This document shows, in pieces, positions 1-9,074 of a stretch of 64,000 nt of DNA. The first letter of the stretch is position 1. Each line of letters opens with the position of its first letter. A program made the position numbers and the translations under genes. The notes beneath the pieces were generated by a model that saw only the letters and a program-made list of their open reading frames with translations, did not search any database and was not told the origin of the DNA. The stretch covers positions 64,001 through 128,000 of the forward strand of contig OZ240245.1 of the NCBI GenBank assembly GCA_965198175.1, given 5' to 3'. This DNA comes from Candidatus Poribacteria bacterium. GTDB taxonomy: Bacteria; Poribacteria; WGA-4E; PCPOR2b.

Positions 1-192
1 TGTGTGGATGCCAACAATTAATCGTTTCGTGGGAAACGGATTGGAGTCTTGTTTTTCGTACAATTCGCCCTCGGGGCAGGTAATGACGACCGAGTATCCT
101 GCCTCTTCACGAGGTATGCCTGGAATTGTTTCGTCGCCCCATCCCGTAAAACTGTTCTTCAAATCTTCCAACGTATGGATGTATTTCATCAT
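1..192 (-). CDS. Hypothetical protein, 5' part only (MMKYIHTLEDLKNSFTGWGDETIPG...), runs off the window
   Basis: Read manually: GGAGG RBS at about 198-202 on the minus strand, ATG at 192, frame open to position 1. Not in the ORF track because it has no stop in the window. Confidence 0.6.
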   Translation of the reverse strand, partial: MMKYIHTLEDLKNSFTGWGDETIPGIPREEAGYSVVITCPEGELYEKQDSNPFPTKRLIVGIHT

Positions 193-368
193 AAACGCCC
201 TCCACATAAATGTCAACACAATAAGAGTGTGTAGTTGGTTGATCGCTCTACCCAACCTACGAGAACTAAGTTTTATATCGGATTGGTTTAAGATTATGTC
301 ATAATGTCGAAACAGAAGTCAAGGGTGAAGTCAAAACGGGGGAGAACGTCGGGATTCAAGCCGTTGAG

Positions 369-2231
369 TTATATGTGAACGATATTCCTACGGTTTTCGC
401 GCCGCCGCTCTTCAAGTTCGCGTTGATTTGCGGTTGTTGTGACTCGGGCGCGTAGTGCGCCTTGAACGGCGTCGGGCGCGTCGTTATGCTCTGCAGTCGG
501 GAACTGACGGAACTGCGTCCAAAACTCAGCAGGTAAGCCCTGTTTATTGAACGCGAGCCAACCGTTGGCGATTGCGGGTTCAAGGGTTGCAATCCGCTCT
601 TCTTTATTTTGGTTCTGCAGATGGTAATAGATGTTTTGGTTGAACATCAAATCTTGCGCCGCTTTATTGAACGCTAGGTTACTAGAAGTCAGAATCGTGC
701 CATCGGGGTCGGGCCGTTGTTCGCAAACAAAGTTAGAATCCGGGTTTAGGGGACCTAGCATTGATAGTGCGCGTTGGTGGAGCAGGATGGCGTTTTCCAT
801 CTGTTTTGTGAGGGGGACGCGATCCATCCAGCAGAGCAGAATGTATCCGTTGACGCCCGCAAAGGAGTCCACATTCTTATATCCACCCTGAAGCGGCTCC
901 CAAGCAACAACGACAGCGCAGGCGAAAGCGTTTTGGCGACTATCCTTGCCACCCATGGAGTCGAGATAGGTGGTGAATCCGCCGATTTCATGCCAAAAGA
1001 CGAGGTGTCCGTCGGAACGCCGGAGTCCGTTGGCTTCAACTCGAAATGTTACGGCGTTCTCCATGTCGAAGAGCGACATGCTGGGGTCGCGGGCGATGTT
1101 CTGGAGTTCCCGTAAACAGAAGTGGTACCCTCGCTCAACAATCATTTTCCGGACTTTGAGATAGGACAGTTTTTCTTGCCAGAGGGTAACGACGCCGGAG
1201 TTCATCGCCTCCGCGTTAGCGTTATAGAATTTGTCCGCGTTCGCTTCGCGTTCAGCGTTATCTAATGTCAAGTCGCGATAAATAGCCTCCCATTCTTTCC
1301 AGATATGTTCGTGGGTTGGGTGGTACAGGTCTTCGGGGTAGGGGATGGCTTTGAAGTGTTCGGTCTTCCAGCCGGCGGTCTTCATTAGCCGCATGGATAT
1401 GCTGTCCGCGTGTTTGACGGTATCGGAGAAAATACAGTTAAGGTTCCCACCGATGTCGGAAGTGAACATGACATCTGAAAAGAACCAATCCCAATCTTCT
1501 TCACGCAGGTTAGGGTTCGAGCAGCGTTTCGGGTCTTCGAGGTCGTCGACCAGTACGAGTGTTGGGCGTTTTTCGTCAACGAGCGCGCCGCGCGGGGATT
1601 GGTTGCGTCCGAGCGGCAAGAGTGTCACACGGTTTGCGGTCTCGCATTCAACCGTTTTCCATACGGGACCGCGCAGGACTCCGAAGTCACGGACAATTTT
1701 GGGATTATCTATTAGCCCTTTGATGTTGCGTAGAATCTTTTTTGCCATGGGCTGGTTGCGGCTGATGATGAGGATAAATTTTTCGTCCGGGACACCTTCA
1801 GCGAGTTGGAAGGCTTTGAAACAGATTCGCCAGAGCGGGTACCAGACAGCGCAACAGGTTGTCTTTGCGGAGCCGCGCGGGGATTGGACGTTGACTCTGA
1901 CACCCGTTTTGTTATACGGGATGAGGTTCAGCAGACGGACATGGTGCGGCTGCAACGGCGACATGGTCATCGGGTTGTGGAAGTAGTATTCCACAAAGAA
2001 TTCCGGATAGACATAAGCCATGTGGACCACTAGGGTCCGGTCGTCATCATTCCGAATCGCGCCTTGTCGTCGAATCGTCTCGTAATGACTTCGGAGCTTC
2101 TGGGAGTTCCCCGTTCGTATCTCCCGGATTAGGTTGGGACTGGGCTGAATTGGCGTCCGCTTCGTCGGCGGGGCGCCGGTGCAACTGAACAGTCCCCGCG
2201 AGCGACGATAAGGCTGATTTATGTTTATCAT
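369..2231 (-). CDS. terL: Phage terminase large subunit (ATPase + RNase H-like nuclease); true start may be nearer 2022-2031
   Basis: Walker A-like SPRGSAKTT, Walker B VLVDDLED, ELQN motif, C-terminal NKEERI...FP...HNDAPDA nuclease motif. Confidence 0.85.
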   Translation of the reverse strand: MININQPYRRSRGLFSCTGAPPTKRTPIQPSPNLIREIRTGNSQKLRSHYETIRRQGAIRNDDDRTLVVHMAYVYPEFFVEYYFHNPMTMSPLQPHHVRLLNLIPYNKTGVRVNVQSPRGSAKTTCCAVWYPLWRICFKAFQLAEGVPDEKFILIISRNQPMAKKILRNIKGLIDNPKIVRDFGVLRGPVWKTVECETANRVTLLPLGRNQSPRGALVDEKRPTLVLVDDLEDPKRCSNPNLREEDWDWFFSDVMFTSDIGGNLNCIFSDTVKHADSISMRLMKTAGWKTEHFKAIPYPEDLYHPTHEHIWKEWEAIYRDLTLDNAEREANADKFYNANAEAMNSGVVTLWQEKLSYLKVRKMIVERGYHFCLRELQNIARDPSMSLFDMENAVTFRVEANGLRRSDGHLVFWHEIGGFTTYLDSMGGKDSRQNAFACAVVVAWEPLQGGYKNVDSFAGVNGYILLCWMDRVPLTKQMENAILLHQRALSMLGPLNPDSNFVCEQRPDPDGTILTSSNLAFNKAAQDLMFNQNIYYHLQNQNKEERIATLEPAIANGWLAFNKQGLPAEFWTQFRQFPTAEHNDAPDAVQGALRARVTTTANQRELEERRRENRRNIVHI

Positions 2232-2628
2232 GGATTTGCTGCCTCAATTTAAGTCGTTTAAGATCTTCGATAGTTTCGGCTTTGACCGCCATGTCATCAA
2301 CTTGTTGCATCCGCTTGAGGGACTGTTCCAGGTTTGGCACGTATTCCGCGACCATAAAGTCGTACTGGTCTCTCACGGCGTCTGCGATGGCGCCGCCATA
2401 TTTCTGGGTGTTAAAGCGGTCTTTATTTTTTGGATTGCAGACCTGAATTGCAGAGCGTATCGCTTTTCGATCGCGCGCTGCGTTTCCGGTTCTGCAATTT
2501 GAGAAGTTAGGATTTTGGTAAATGGCATCTACAGTTTTCGTCGTTCCGAATCTCACGATGTTGTATGCAATATTTTTTCGTATGTCTTCGTCGTTCAAGG
2601 CATCGAGCCATAGTGTTTTATCTTGCAT
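2047..2628 (-). CDS. Hypothetical protein, probable terminase small subunit
   Basis: 193 aa, helical/coiled-coil with a low-complexity tail, AAGGA RBS, directly upstream of terL. Assignment is by position only. Confidence 0.5.
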   Translation of the reverse strand: MQDKTLWLDALNDEDIRKNIAYNIVRFGTTKTVDAIYQNPNFSNCRTGNAARDRKAIRSAIQVCNPKNKDRFNTQKYGGAIADAVRDQYDFMVAEYVPNLEQSLKRMQQVDDMAVKAETIEDLKRLKLRQQIHDKHKSALSSLAGTVQLHRRPADEADANSAQSQPNPGDTNGELPEAPKSLRDDSTTRRDSE

Positions 2629-2661
2629 TTTATTTTCCTTTGGGTATTTTTTCCGATTATT

Positions 2662-2757
2662 CGATTACACGGCATTACATTGAAATTACACCGGTGTAAT
2701 TCTCGGATCGCTGGAGTTTAGTACCGGCGCGGATTTAGCAATTTTCGAATTACACCG
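2662..2757. promoter_or_regulatory. Cluster of ATTACAC motifs including a perfect 18-bp palindrome AATTACACCGGTGTAATT (2684-2701)
   Basis: Copies near 2664, 2674, 2685, 2694 (inverted) and 2749, upstream of the terS start. Confidence 0.5.
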
Positions 2758-3121
2758 CTTTGTTTTTTTTTCGCATCGTGGCAATTGATTTGTGAATTGT
2801 ACCGCGGGGGTTAGCGAGCAAAAAAAAAACCCAAAAGCGACAGTTTTAGATTCAAGACTGCCTCGTTTGGGTTTGTCTTGCGCGCTTGCGCGCTAGTTAT
2901 TCAATTGTAGCGATAATTATGCAGGACACCTCTTTGGGTTTATAAAATAGCTTTTAACGAACACCAAATGTTAATGTTTCTATTATACGGGATGGTATCA
3001 TCAGTTGTCAAGTTATTTTTATCACTCCGTTATTTTTCGTTAAGGAGCATAGTGCATCGCACGGGAGAACTTATTCACTTACTGGAGCTCTCGGCTCACG
3101 TGCATGTGCTCGCGATTTTAG

Positions 3122-4852
3122 TTACTCTTCTCGCCGTTTGGCTTTTCGACGGCGATAACAGACGACGAAATAGAGAGCGACGCATAAACTTAAGCTTAAG
3201 CCGAATATGAAATGGTCATGGTCCATGACGTAGATAGTTATGTTGTCAATGTTGTCTCCTAATATTGCCATAATAACAGCTGCTATACCAGCTGTTATTA
3301 TGAACATAGTGACAATTTGGACGTACTCTTTTGCCATTTTCTTCCACGCGAATAGCTCGTCCTTAATGGCTTTCACTTCGTCTATTAGAGTAAATGTAAT
3401 GTTCGATATTTTTTCTGTGTTCTTTTGAAGAAATTCTAGGCGTTTTTCCGTTCGCAGAACAGGATCTTCAATTTTATCAATCCAGGAAGCGGCATCCTCA
3501 CGCTGCAAAAACCAATCGGGATGTTCTTGGAGAAACCGTTGTAGGGCAGGCGCTTTAATTTTCTCAATCCAATGAGCGGGATTATCGCGCCCAACAAAAT
3601 AATCGTAAGCCCATCCGGGTTTTTCCTCTTCACGTGTCTGGATATCCCGTTGCATGTCAGGATCTTCAATTTTATCAATCCAGTAAGCAGCATCCCAGCG
3701 AAGGCGAAGGGTGCCATAGTAATCGTCCAGTAAAAACCAACTGGGATGTTCTTGGAGAAGCTGTTCGGCGCGGTTTTTAAATTGATCGCTATAGTGAACG
3801 GGAATTTCAGGGGCATGAATAACACATGCCCGCAACTCTTTTCTAAGAACCTGGTTTCGATAGAATTCGGGCTTATCAATTGCAACATGGAGGAAGTCGT
3901 CTTTGTCTTTTTCAAAACATTCCCTGAATTCTTCGGGGGTGTCGATCAAGGCATCGGCATAATATACTAGTCTCAAAGCGATGTCATCGCTGTTTTTCAG
4001 GTCATGGCCTTTTCTATTCCGGTAGAGTAGCCTAGCCAAGTGAAAGCGACACTCTACAAAGGGATAAAGAAATTTTTTCAGGTCCAGCGGGGAAAGATAA
4101 GATTCTGATATGTTTTCATTTTCGCTCGTCCATCTCTTTATTGCGGCAGGGACATCCATGTCGGGCGGAACATCCATTGTTAACTTTTGTCCCATTTCCG
4201 CAAGGATGCGTGCCGAGGAATGATTTACCGGCATCGTCTCGAATAGTTTCCACGCGAAATAATTGGTATTGTGGTTCGAGACAGTGCATTCGATTGCTGT
4301 AACCCAGTGGTGATCCCTTAGTATTTCAAAAGGGCCAGATCTCTCGTACAAATCAACCAGTATCTCGCCAGGTATACGTTTATTGCGCAGGAACGACTTT
4401 AGAAGTTGCCAAGATTCAACACAAGATTCATTTAGACCTTTAGGCATATAACCCGCTACAAATTTATTGAGCAAGAACGGCGCTAGGTCATTCCAAGATT
4501 CATCACAAGATTCACTACAACAGGATTCCAGAATTTCCTCTAAGACGCCCGAACTTTCGACCCAGCTGGGATTCCCATCATTCCGGGTTTTTACCGAGGG
4601 CCCTTCCAAAGCCGCCCGCTTAATTGTCTTGTCGCCATACCTAAAAAGCCGCTCCGCTATCTTATCGTCATATCCCCACAATGCCAAGCCGAGATTTATC
4701 AGCGGTTCATTGCGAGCAAACAGGGCTTTTCGACACGAGAACGGGGTTGATTGCCGTTCTCTTAACCACTTAAATACGGTATCAGCACTAGCATGAGAAA
4801 GCCAGTATTCTAGATAATCCGTATTTTGTAGTATTACATCATCTTCTTTCAT
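3122..4852 (-). CDS. Hypothetical protein with internal WIDKIEDP/LQEHPxWFL repeats, a coiled coil and two C-terminal TM helices
   Basis: 576-aa ORF, GGAGG RBS, two hydrophobic segments followed by a basic tail. Confidence 0.75.
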   Translation of the reverse strand: MKEDDVILQNTDYLEYWLSHASADTVFKWLRERQSTPFSCRKALFARNEPLINLGLALWGYDDKIAERLFRYGDKTIKRAALEGPSVKTRNDGNPSWVESSGVLEEILESCCSESCDESWNDLAPFLLNKFVAGYMPKGLNESCVESWQLLKSFLRNKRIPGEILVDLYERSGPFEILRDHHWVTAIECTVSNHNTNYFAWKLFETMPVNHSSARILAEMGQKLTMDVPPDMDVPAAIKRWTSENENISESYLSPLDLKKFLYPFVECRFHLARLLYRNRKGHDLKNSDDIALRLVYYADALIDTPEEFRECFEKDKDDFLHVAIDKPEFYRNQVLRKELRACVIHAPEIPVHYSDQFKNRAEQLLQEHPSWFLLDDYYGTLRLRWDAAYWIDKIEDPDMQRDIQTREEEKPGWAYDYFVGRDNPAHWIEKIKAPALQRFLQEHPDWFLQREDAASWIDKIEDPVLRTEKRLEFLQKNTEKISNITFTLIDEVKAIKDELFAWKKMAKEYVQIVTMFIITAGIAAVIMAILGDNIDNITIYVMDHDHFIFGLSLSLCVALYFVVCYRRRKAKRREE

Positions 4853-5140
4853 TTTCTAAAGCCTCCGTAAAGCAGTGACCAGTGCATAATGGTCAGAATG
4901 AAAGGACCGTTACCAAGCACTCAGCAAAATCAAGGCAATCGCAGAATCCTGTTTGCGGCGTGATTGTCTGAACTGTGATTTGTATGATTGAGTGATGGAC
5001 TATGATTAAGAGCGCACATAAGTATTCGGTGTTGACAGGGAAGGTGATTGGCTGTTGCTGAAGTAGCAAGCATTACTGGATATTCTTACTCGATTCACGT
5101 TATTCATGCACCGACATCTTAGAGAAATGGTATTAGCTTT

Positions 5141-5239
5141 TGTAGGTTGGGTTGAGCCAACGGCGAAACCCAACGCTTTTGAAACCTCCGGACGACAGAA
5201 AAGCGTTGGGGTTCGTGCAAGCACTCAACCCAACCTACA
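5141..5239. repeat. REPIN-like element (inverted doublet of GTAG-class REPs)
   Basis: TGTAGGTTGGGTTGAG...CTCAACCCAACCTACA terminal IR with inner IR CGAAACCCAACGCTTTT/AAAAGCGTTGGGGTTCG. Confidence 0.8.
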
Positions 5240-5270
5240 TTGCTCGCCAAGTATATATAATCGGGTTTTA

Positions 5271-5600
5271 TCAACAAGAACCCGAAATTGCACCCACAAT
5301 CCAAATAAAAGCCACTATACCTATGAAAGTGAGACAACCAAACCGTTTCATAAAAGGAATTGGGCTTTCTTTAAGAACCTCGGTTTCCACCTTATAAGCC
5401 TCCAATTCCCAACCTCTGCCACAAATATTGCAAAGCATAAGATACTTTTTCTCTGTAACAAAGTTAAAAATCCAATATACACCCCAATGTCTATACTGAA
5501 GAACAAGATTAAATTGTCGTTCTTTGTCACAAACCTCACAATGCTGAGTGGCGACAGAACCGCAATCAATTACATCACCACCAGAACCCCAAACTATCAT
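5271..5600 (-). CDS. Zinc-ribbon membrane protein
   Basis: Start MIVWGSGG at 5600 after GGAG RBS; CEVC and CNIC pairs; C-terminal TM helix. Confidence 0.75.
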   Translation of the reverse strand: MIVWGSGGDVIDCGSVATQHCEVCDKERQFNLVLQYRHWGVYWIFNFVTEKKYLMLCNICGRGWELEAYKVETEVLKESPIPFMKRFGCLTFIGIVAFIWIVGAISGSC

Positions 5601-5848
5601 TGAACTCCTCCTGTGGAGGCTGCTCACTTCGGGCAATAGTTGCTCGGTTTGATTCAGATGTTGTTTGCTCGAATCTTAACATCAAATGGAAACAGGCCTC
5701 CATAGTGTATACCACGAACCTAGTCGTGGCGCGGGTTTAATCGATCCAAGCGGGATCGGGTATCACGTAAAAATCAGTTCCTCCCCGTCAGGAGCTAGTA
5801 TTGAGGCGGAAATGGGCGATTATGTCTCGAATTGACGCAGTAAAAACG

Positions 5849-5920
5849 TCAATTCTTTTTGGAAACCCATTTCCACCATATAACAACTAGTATTTGCTTC
5901 CAATTCCGAATGTTGAACAT
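5849..5920 (-). pseudogene. 23-aa relic (MFNIRNWKQILVVIWW...) resembling the N-terminus of 9613..10308
   Basis: GGAGG RBS, same upstream promoter module, shared NWKxxLVxI motif, early TGA. Confidence 0.5.
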
Positions 5921-6010
5921 GTGTAATCCTCCATGTAGTAGTGGTTAGTGGCTAGTGGCGAGCAAAGGCTTTAAACTAGCCACTGGATACTTTACACATC
6001 CTTACTTAAC

Positions 6011-6039
6011 ATAATACAAGAAACCCCACTATATGTCAA
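6011..6039 (-). promoter_or_regulatory. Sigma70 promoter, module copy 1
   Basis: TTGACA-17 bp-TATTAT on the minus strand. Confidence 0.75.
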
Positions 6040-6102
6040 CCCTAAATTTAAAAGCAGTGGTCAGTTGCCAGTGACCTGATTTTTTGACCACTGCCTTTAG
6101 AT

Positions 6103-6273
6103 TGTAGGTTGGGTGGAGTGGATTTGATGAGCGGAGAAAACTGAAGAAGACTATCGCACTCGCTATTCGATCGCTTGATCGTTGGGTGTTGCTTCAACAT
6201 AAACAGTTATCCAACAATCTGAACATACGAATCCCTTGCGGAGTTTTACCATCACCGCTCAACCCAACCTACA
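6103..6273. repeat. REPIN-like element
   Basis: TGTAGGTTGGGTGGAG...CTCAACCCAACCTACA termini; contains the GACTATCGC...TTGATC sub-repeat. Confidence 0.75.
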
Positions 6274-6321
6274 TGGCTGCTCGCTTTTGTAAGTTCAACC
6301 AGCATACCGTGCTGACCCCAG

Positions 6322-7131
6322 TTATTCCGGCATCCGTATAACCTCACGATCTTCGCCACGCCCACGAGTTATGAGGACTTCACCGCCATGTTCACCTATC
6401 AGAAGGCTTGCTGACCCTGCGTTACTAAGCACGCCGACCGATGGGGTATATTCACGACCACTCATAAGTAGCACATTAGGGAACGTACTTATACCTGGGT
6501 ACAAGTTGACACTAGCAAAATCTCCATTGCTATCGAGCGAGACTCGAACCTGCGTAACTTTATCGTACACATCGTACACTCTGACCATACCGCCAATTTC
6601 AAGGACACCGAGGTCCACTTGCCCACCTTTACCTTTCACGATGACCTGACCACCATGTTCATTGATACTAAGAGCCGCTTGAATTTTCCCCTCTTCTCCA
6701 CCAAACACGTCGACCCGACCGCCAAGTTCATCGGTAACGACACGCACCCCACCTTGCCTATCCTTATCGCTAACGAGGACTTGACCGCCATGTTCATTAA
6801 CGCCTAAGTCAACCTTAGGTTTCCCATCTTTACTAAGAATGCCTATAAGCCCGCCATGTTCATTAACATATAAGCCAACCTTAGGCTTCCCATCGGTACC
6901 AAGGACACTTACAGCCCCGCCATCTCCAACAATACCGAGACGCACTTTACCTATCCCATCTTTATCGTACACTTTGACTTGACCACCATCAACGACCGTC
7001 AACCCAGTACACTCAATGTGACCGAACTTATCGCGTTGCGCTGTGACTGGTGAAACCAACAACGCCGTCAACAAACTCCCTATGACTCCACCAATAATAC
7101 CGCTTATAACCAGATAGTGTTTCGTGTTCAT
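6322..7131 (-). CDS. Secreted/membrane-anchored protein with Gly/Val-rich ~22-aa beta repeats (paralog of 9613..10308)
   Basis: N-terminal hydrophobic signal, SPVTAQRDKFGHIECTGLTVVDGG core, repeats such as KDGKPKVxLxVNEHGGxVxV, ends RMPE; AAGGAG RBS. Confidence 0.8.
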   Translation of the reverse strand: MNTKHYLVISGIIGGVIGSLLTALLVSPVTAQRDKFGHIECTGLTVVDGGQVKVYDKDGIGKVRLGIVGDGGAVSVLGTDGKPKVGLYVNEHGGLIGILSKDGKPKVDLGVNEHGGQVLVSDKDRQGGVRVVTDELGGRVDVFGGEEGKIQAALSINEHGGQVIVKGKGGQVDLGVLEIGGMVRVYDVYDKVTQVRVSLDSNGDFASVNLYPGISTFPNVLLMSGREYTPSVGVLSNAGSASLLIGEHGGEVLITRGRGEDREVIRMPE

Positions 7132-7229
7132 TGTTTTCTCCTTAGTTTTAGAAACAGTGACCAGTAGCCAGTGGCTAATGACCTGTTTTTTACTCTGACC
7201 ACAGGATACCTTACTTATCTTTACTTAAC

Positions 7230-7258
7230 ATAATACAAGGAAAATCGCTATATTTCAA
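7230..7258 (-). promoter_or_regulatory. Sigma70 promoter, module copy 2
   Basis: TTGAAA-17 bp-TATTAT in sequence homologous to copies 1 and 3. Confidence 0.65.
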
Positions 7259-7314
7259 CTCTAAATTTTAAAGCAGTTGCTAGTGACCTGTTTTTTTGAC
7301 GGCTGCCTTTAGAT

Positions 7315-7487
7315 TGTAGGTTGGGTGGAGTGGATGTGATGAGCGGAGAAAACTGAAGAAGACTATCGCACTCGCTATTCGCTCGCTTGATCCTGTTCGG
7401 TCGCTTGATCGTTGGGTTTCGTTAATTGTCTATGGAATTACTATCGCGCTCGCTGTCCGCTAGGTTGATCTCTCAACCCAACCTACA
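7315..7487. repeat. REPIN-like element
   Basis: Same termini and internal sub-repeats as 6103-6273. Confidence 0.75.
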
Positions 7488-7625
7488 TTGCTAGAGCTTC
7501 AGCCGATAAAGGACACAGTTATTATCCAGTCTATAACCGTGCGTTGTCTGATTGTAAAGAAGAAAATATACTGAGGGGGTATTAGAATGCGAAGCACCAC
7601 AACCCCCATATCTTGTGTTTATTTG

Positions 7626-7654
7626 TTGACATGATAACCCATAAGTGATACAAT
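7626..7654 (+). promoter_or_regulatory. Sigma70 promoter for 7719..8024
   Basis: TTGACA-17 bp-TACAAT with TG extension. Confidence 0.65.
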
Positions 7655-7718
7655 TCCATAAGCGTAAAATATCAATGCCATTATTCTCCCTTAAGCTCAA
7701 AGCGAAGGGGGAATCAAA

Positions 7719-8024
7719 ATGGAAGCAGTTACTAGTGGCGATTTGTTTAGAATTGTAATTAGTGGGTTTGTCGCGGTCGTTGCTATCGTTGGGGTAGCGG
7801 TTACCTTTGTGACGTTTATGTTTAATCGAATTGATAAACGTTTTGAGGTTTATGAAAAGCTCCTCACAACTAAATTTGAGAACTATCCAACTAAGGATGA
7901 CATCTATAAGCTACAGGCTCAGATGTCCAAAGACCATGAAACCCTCGCTACAAAAGTAGACGATTTGAATGCGCTACTTTTGAATCATGTAAATAATCCT
8001 ACTTTACACACTGTTACTGGTTGA
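7719..8024 (+). CDS. Small protein with N-terminal TM helix and coiled coil
   Basis: 101-aa ORF with its own promoter, RBS and terminator. Confidence 0.7.
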   Translation: MEAVTSGDLFRIVISGFVAVVAIVGVAVTFVTFMFNRIDKRFEVYEKLLTTKFENYPTKDDIYKLQAQMSKDHETLATKVDDLNALLLNHVNNPTLHTVTG

Positions 8025-8052
8025 GTGCAATTTGCTTCTTCCCAAACGTGTA

Positions 8053-8084
8053 GCCCCTTCTGGAAACCAGTAGGGGCATTTTTT
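8053..8084 (+). terminator. Rho-independent terminator
   Basis: GCCCCTTCTGG-AAA-CCAGTAGGGGC hairpin followed by a T-run. Confidence 0.7.
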
Positions 8085-8254
8085 ATGCGAAGCACCCTTT
8101 GAGAAACACATCGAAGATATTGGGTGTGTTTCTGTGGTTATGCTTCCAGCGCGCCGTAGATTTCTATATTATGCTACGCCCGTTAATCTTTCATTTGAAA
8201 ATAAGGAGGTTTAAATTGAATATCAGAAGGTTCACCACATTAGCGTCTATACTA

Positions 8255-9074
8255 GGTTCTGTTGACATTTGGTTATAAGGTTGTGGCATAATAGAAGAAT
8301 GATGCCAATAACCTTACCTGATGACCAATGGAGAAAAATATACCAGTTTCTTCTAAGCTGTTCCAACATCTATGTCCGCAACGAAGCCGGAACCCGACGA
8401 TTCGTCGAAGCCGTCCTGTGGGTGACTCGCAGCGGTGCGCAATGGAGATTATTACCAACTGCCTATGGCAATTGGAACTCCATCTACAAGCGGTTTAGTA
8501 ACTGGTGTGACATAGGAATCTTCACACAGATGCACCGCTACTTCGCCTCTGACCCAGATATGGAGACACTTATTATTGACACGACCATTTGCCGGGCTCA
8601 CCCATGCGCGGCTGGAGCCTCAAAAAAAACGGAGGTGCTGAAAACCAAGCGCTAGGACGCTCTCGGGGCGGCTTTAGCACAAAAATTCATATCACAGTTG
8701 ACGCACTAGGTAATCCGCTTAGACTCCAGCTAACTCCCGGTCAGAGACACGACATAGCTGAAGCCGAAGCGTTGATAGTTGGATATAACAGCGAGCATGT
8801 AATTGGAGACAAGGGATACGATTCGGACAGTTTTATCGACGTTATTGAAGCGAATGGAGCGACGGCGGTGATACCGCCTCGACGTAATCGTGGCGCTCAA
8901 AGAACATATGACAAACATTTATACAAAGAGAGACATCTGGTTGAATGTTTCATCAACAAGATAAAATGGTATCGTCGTATCTTCTCTCGTTTCGAGAAGC
9001 TGGCTGCCCGCTATTTCGGATTTCTGAGTTTTGTCTCTACTCTTATCTGGCTCCGTTGAAATGTCAACAGAACC
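8255..9074 (+). mobile_element. IS5-family insertion sequence (IS427-like), 820 bp
   Basis: Perfect 16-bp TIRs GGTTCTGTTGACATTT/AAATGTCAACAGAACC, TA duplication in a CTAG target, two-ORF transposase. Confidence 0.92.
8299..9059 (+). CDS. IS5-family transposase, two ORFs joined by a probable -1 frameshift at A8 (8622-8629)
   Basis: RSGAQWRLLP..YGNW..IY.RF..W, IDTT, LGRSRGGFSTKIH, GDKGYDSD and YKERHLVECFINKIK motifs. Confidence 0.9.

Noticed and set aside
340..365. GAACGTCGGGATTCAAG as a possible att duplicate of the tRNA-Glu 3' end
   Set aside because: Only a few bases match 21591-21615, too little for an att core.
5106..5603. ORFs 5106..5603, 5006..5224 and 5152..5397
   Set aside because: They translate the REPIN palindrome or are antisense to the zinc-ribbon gene.
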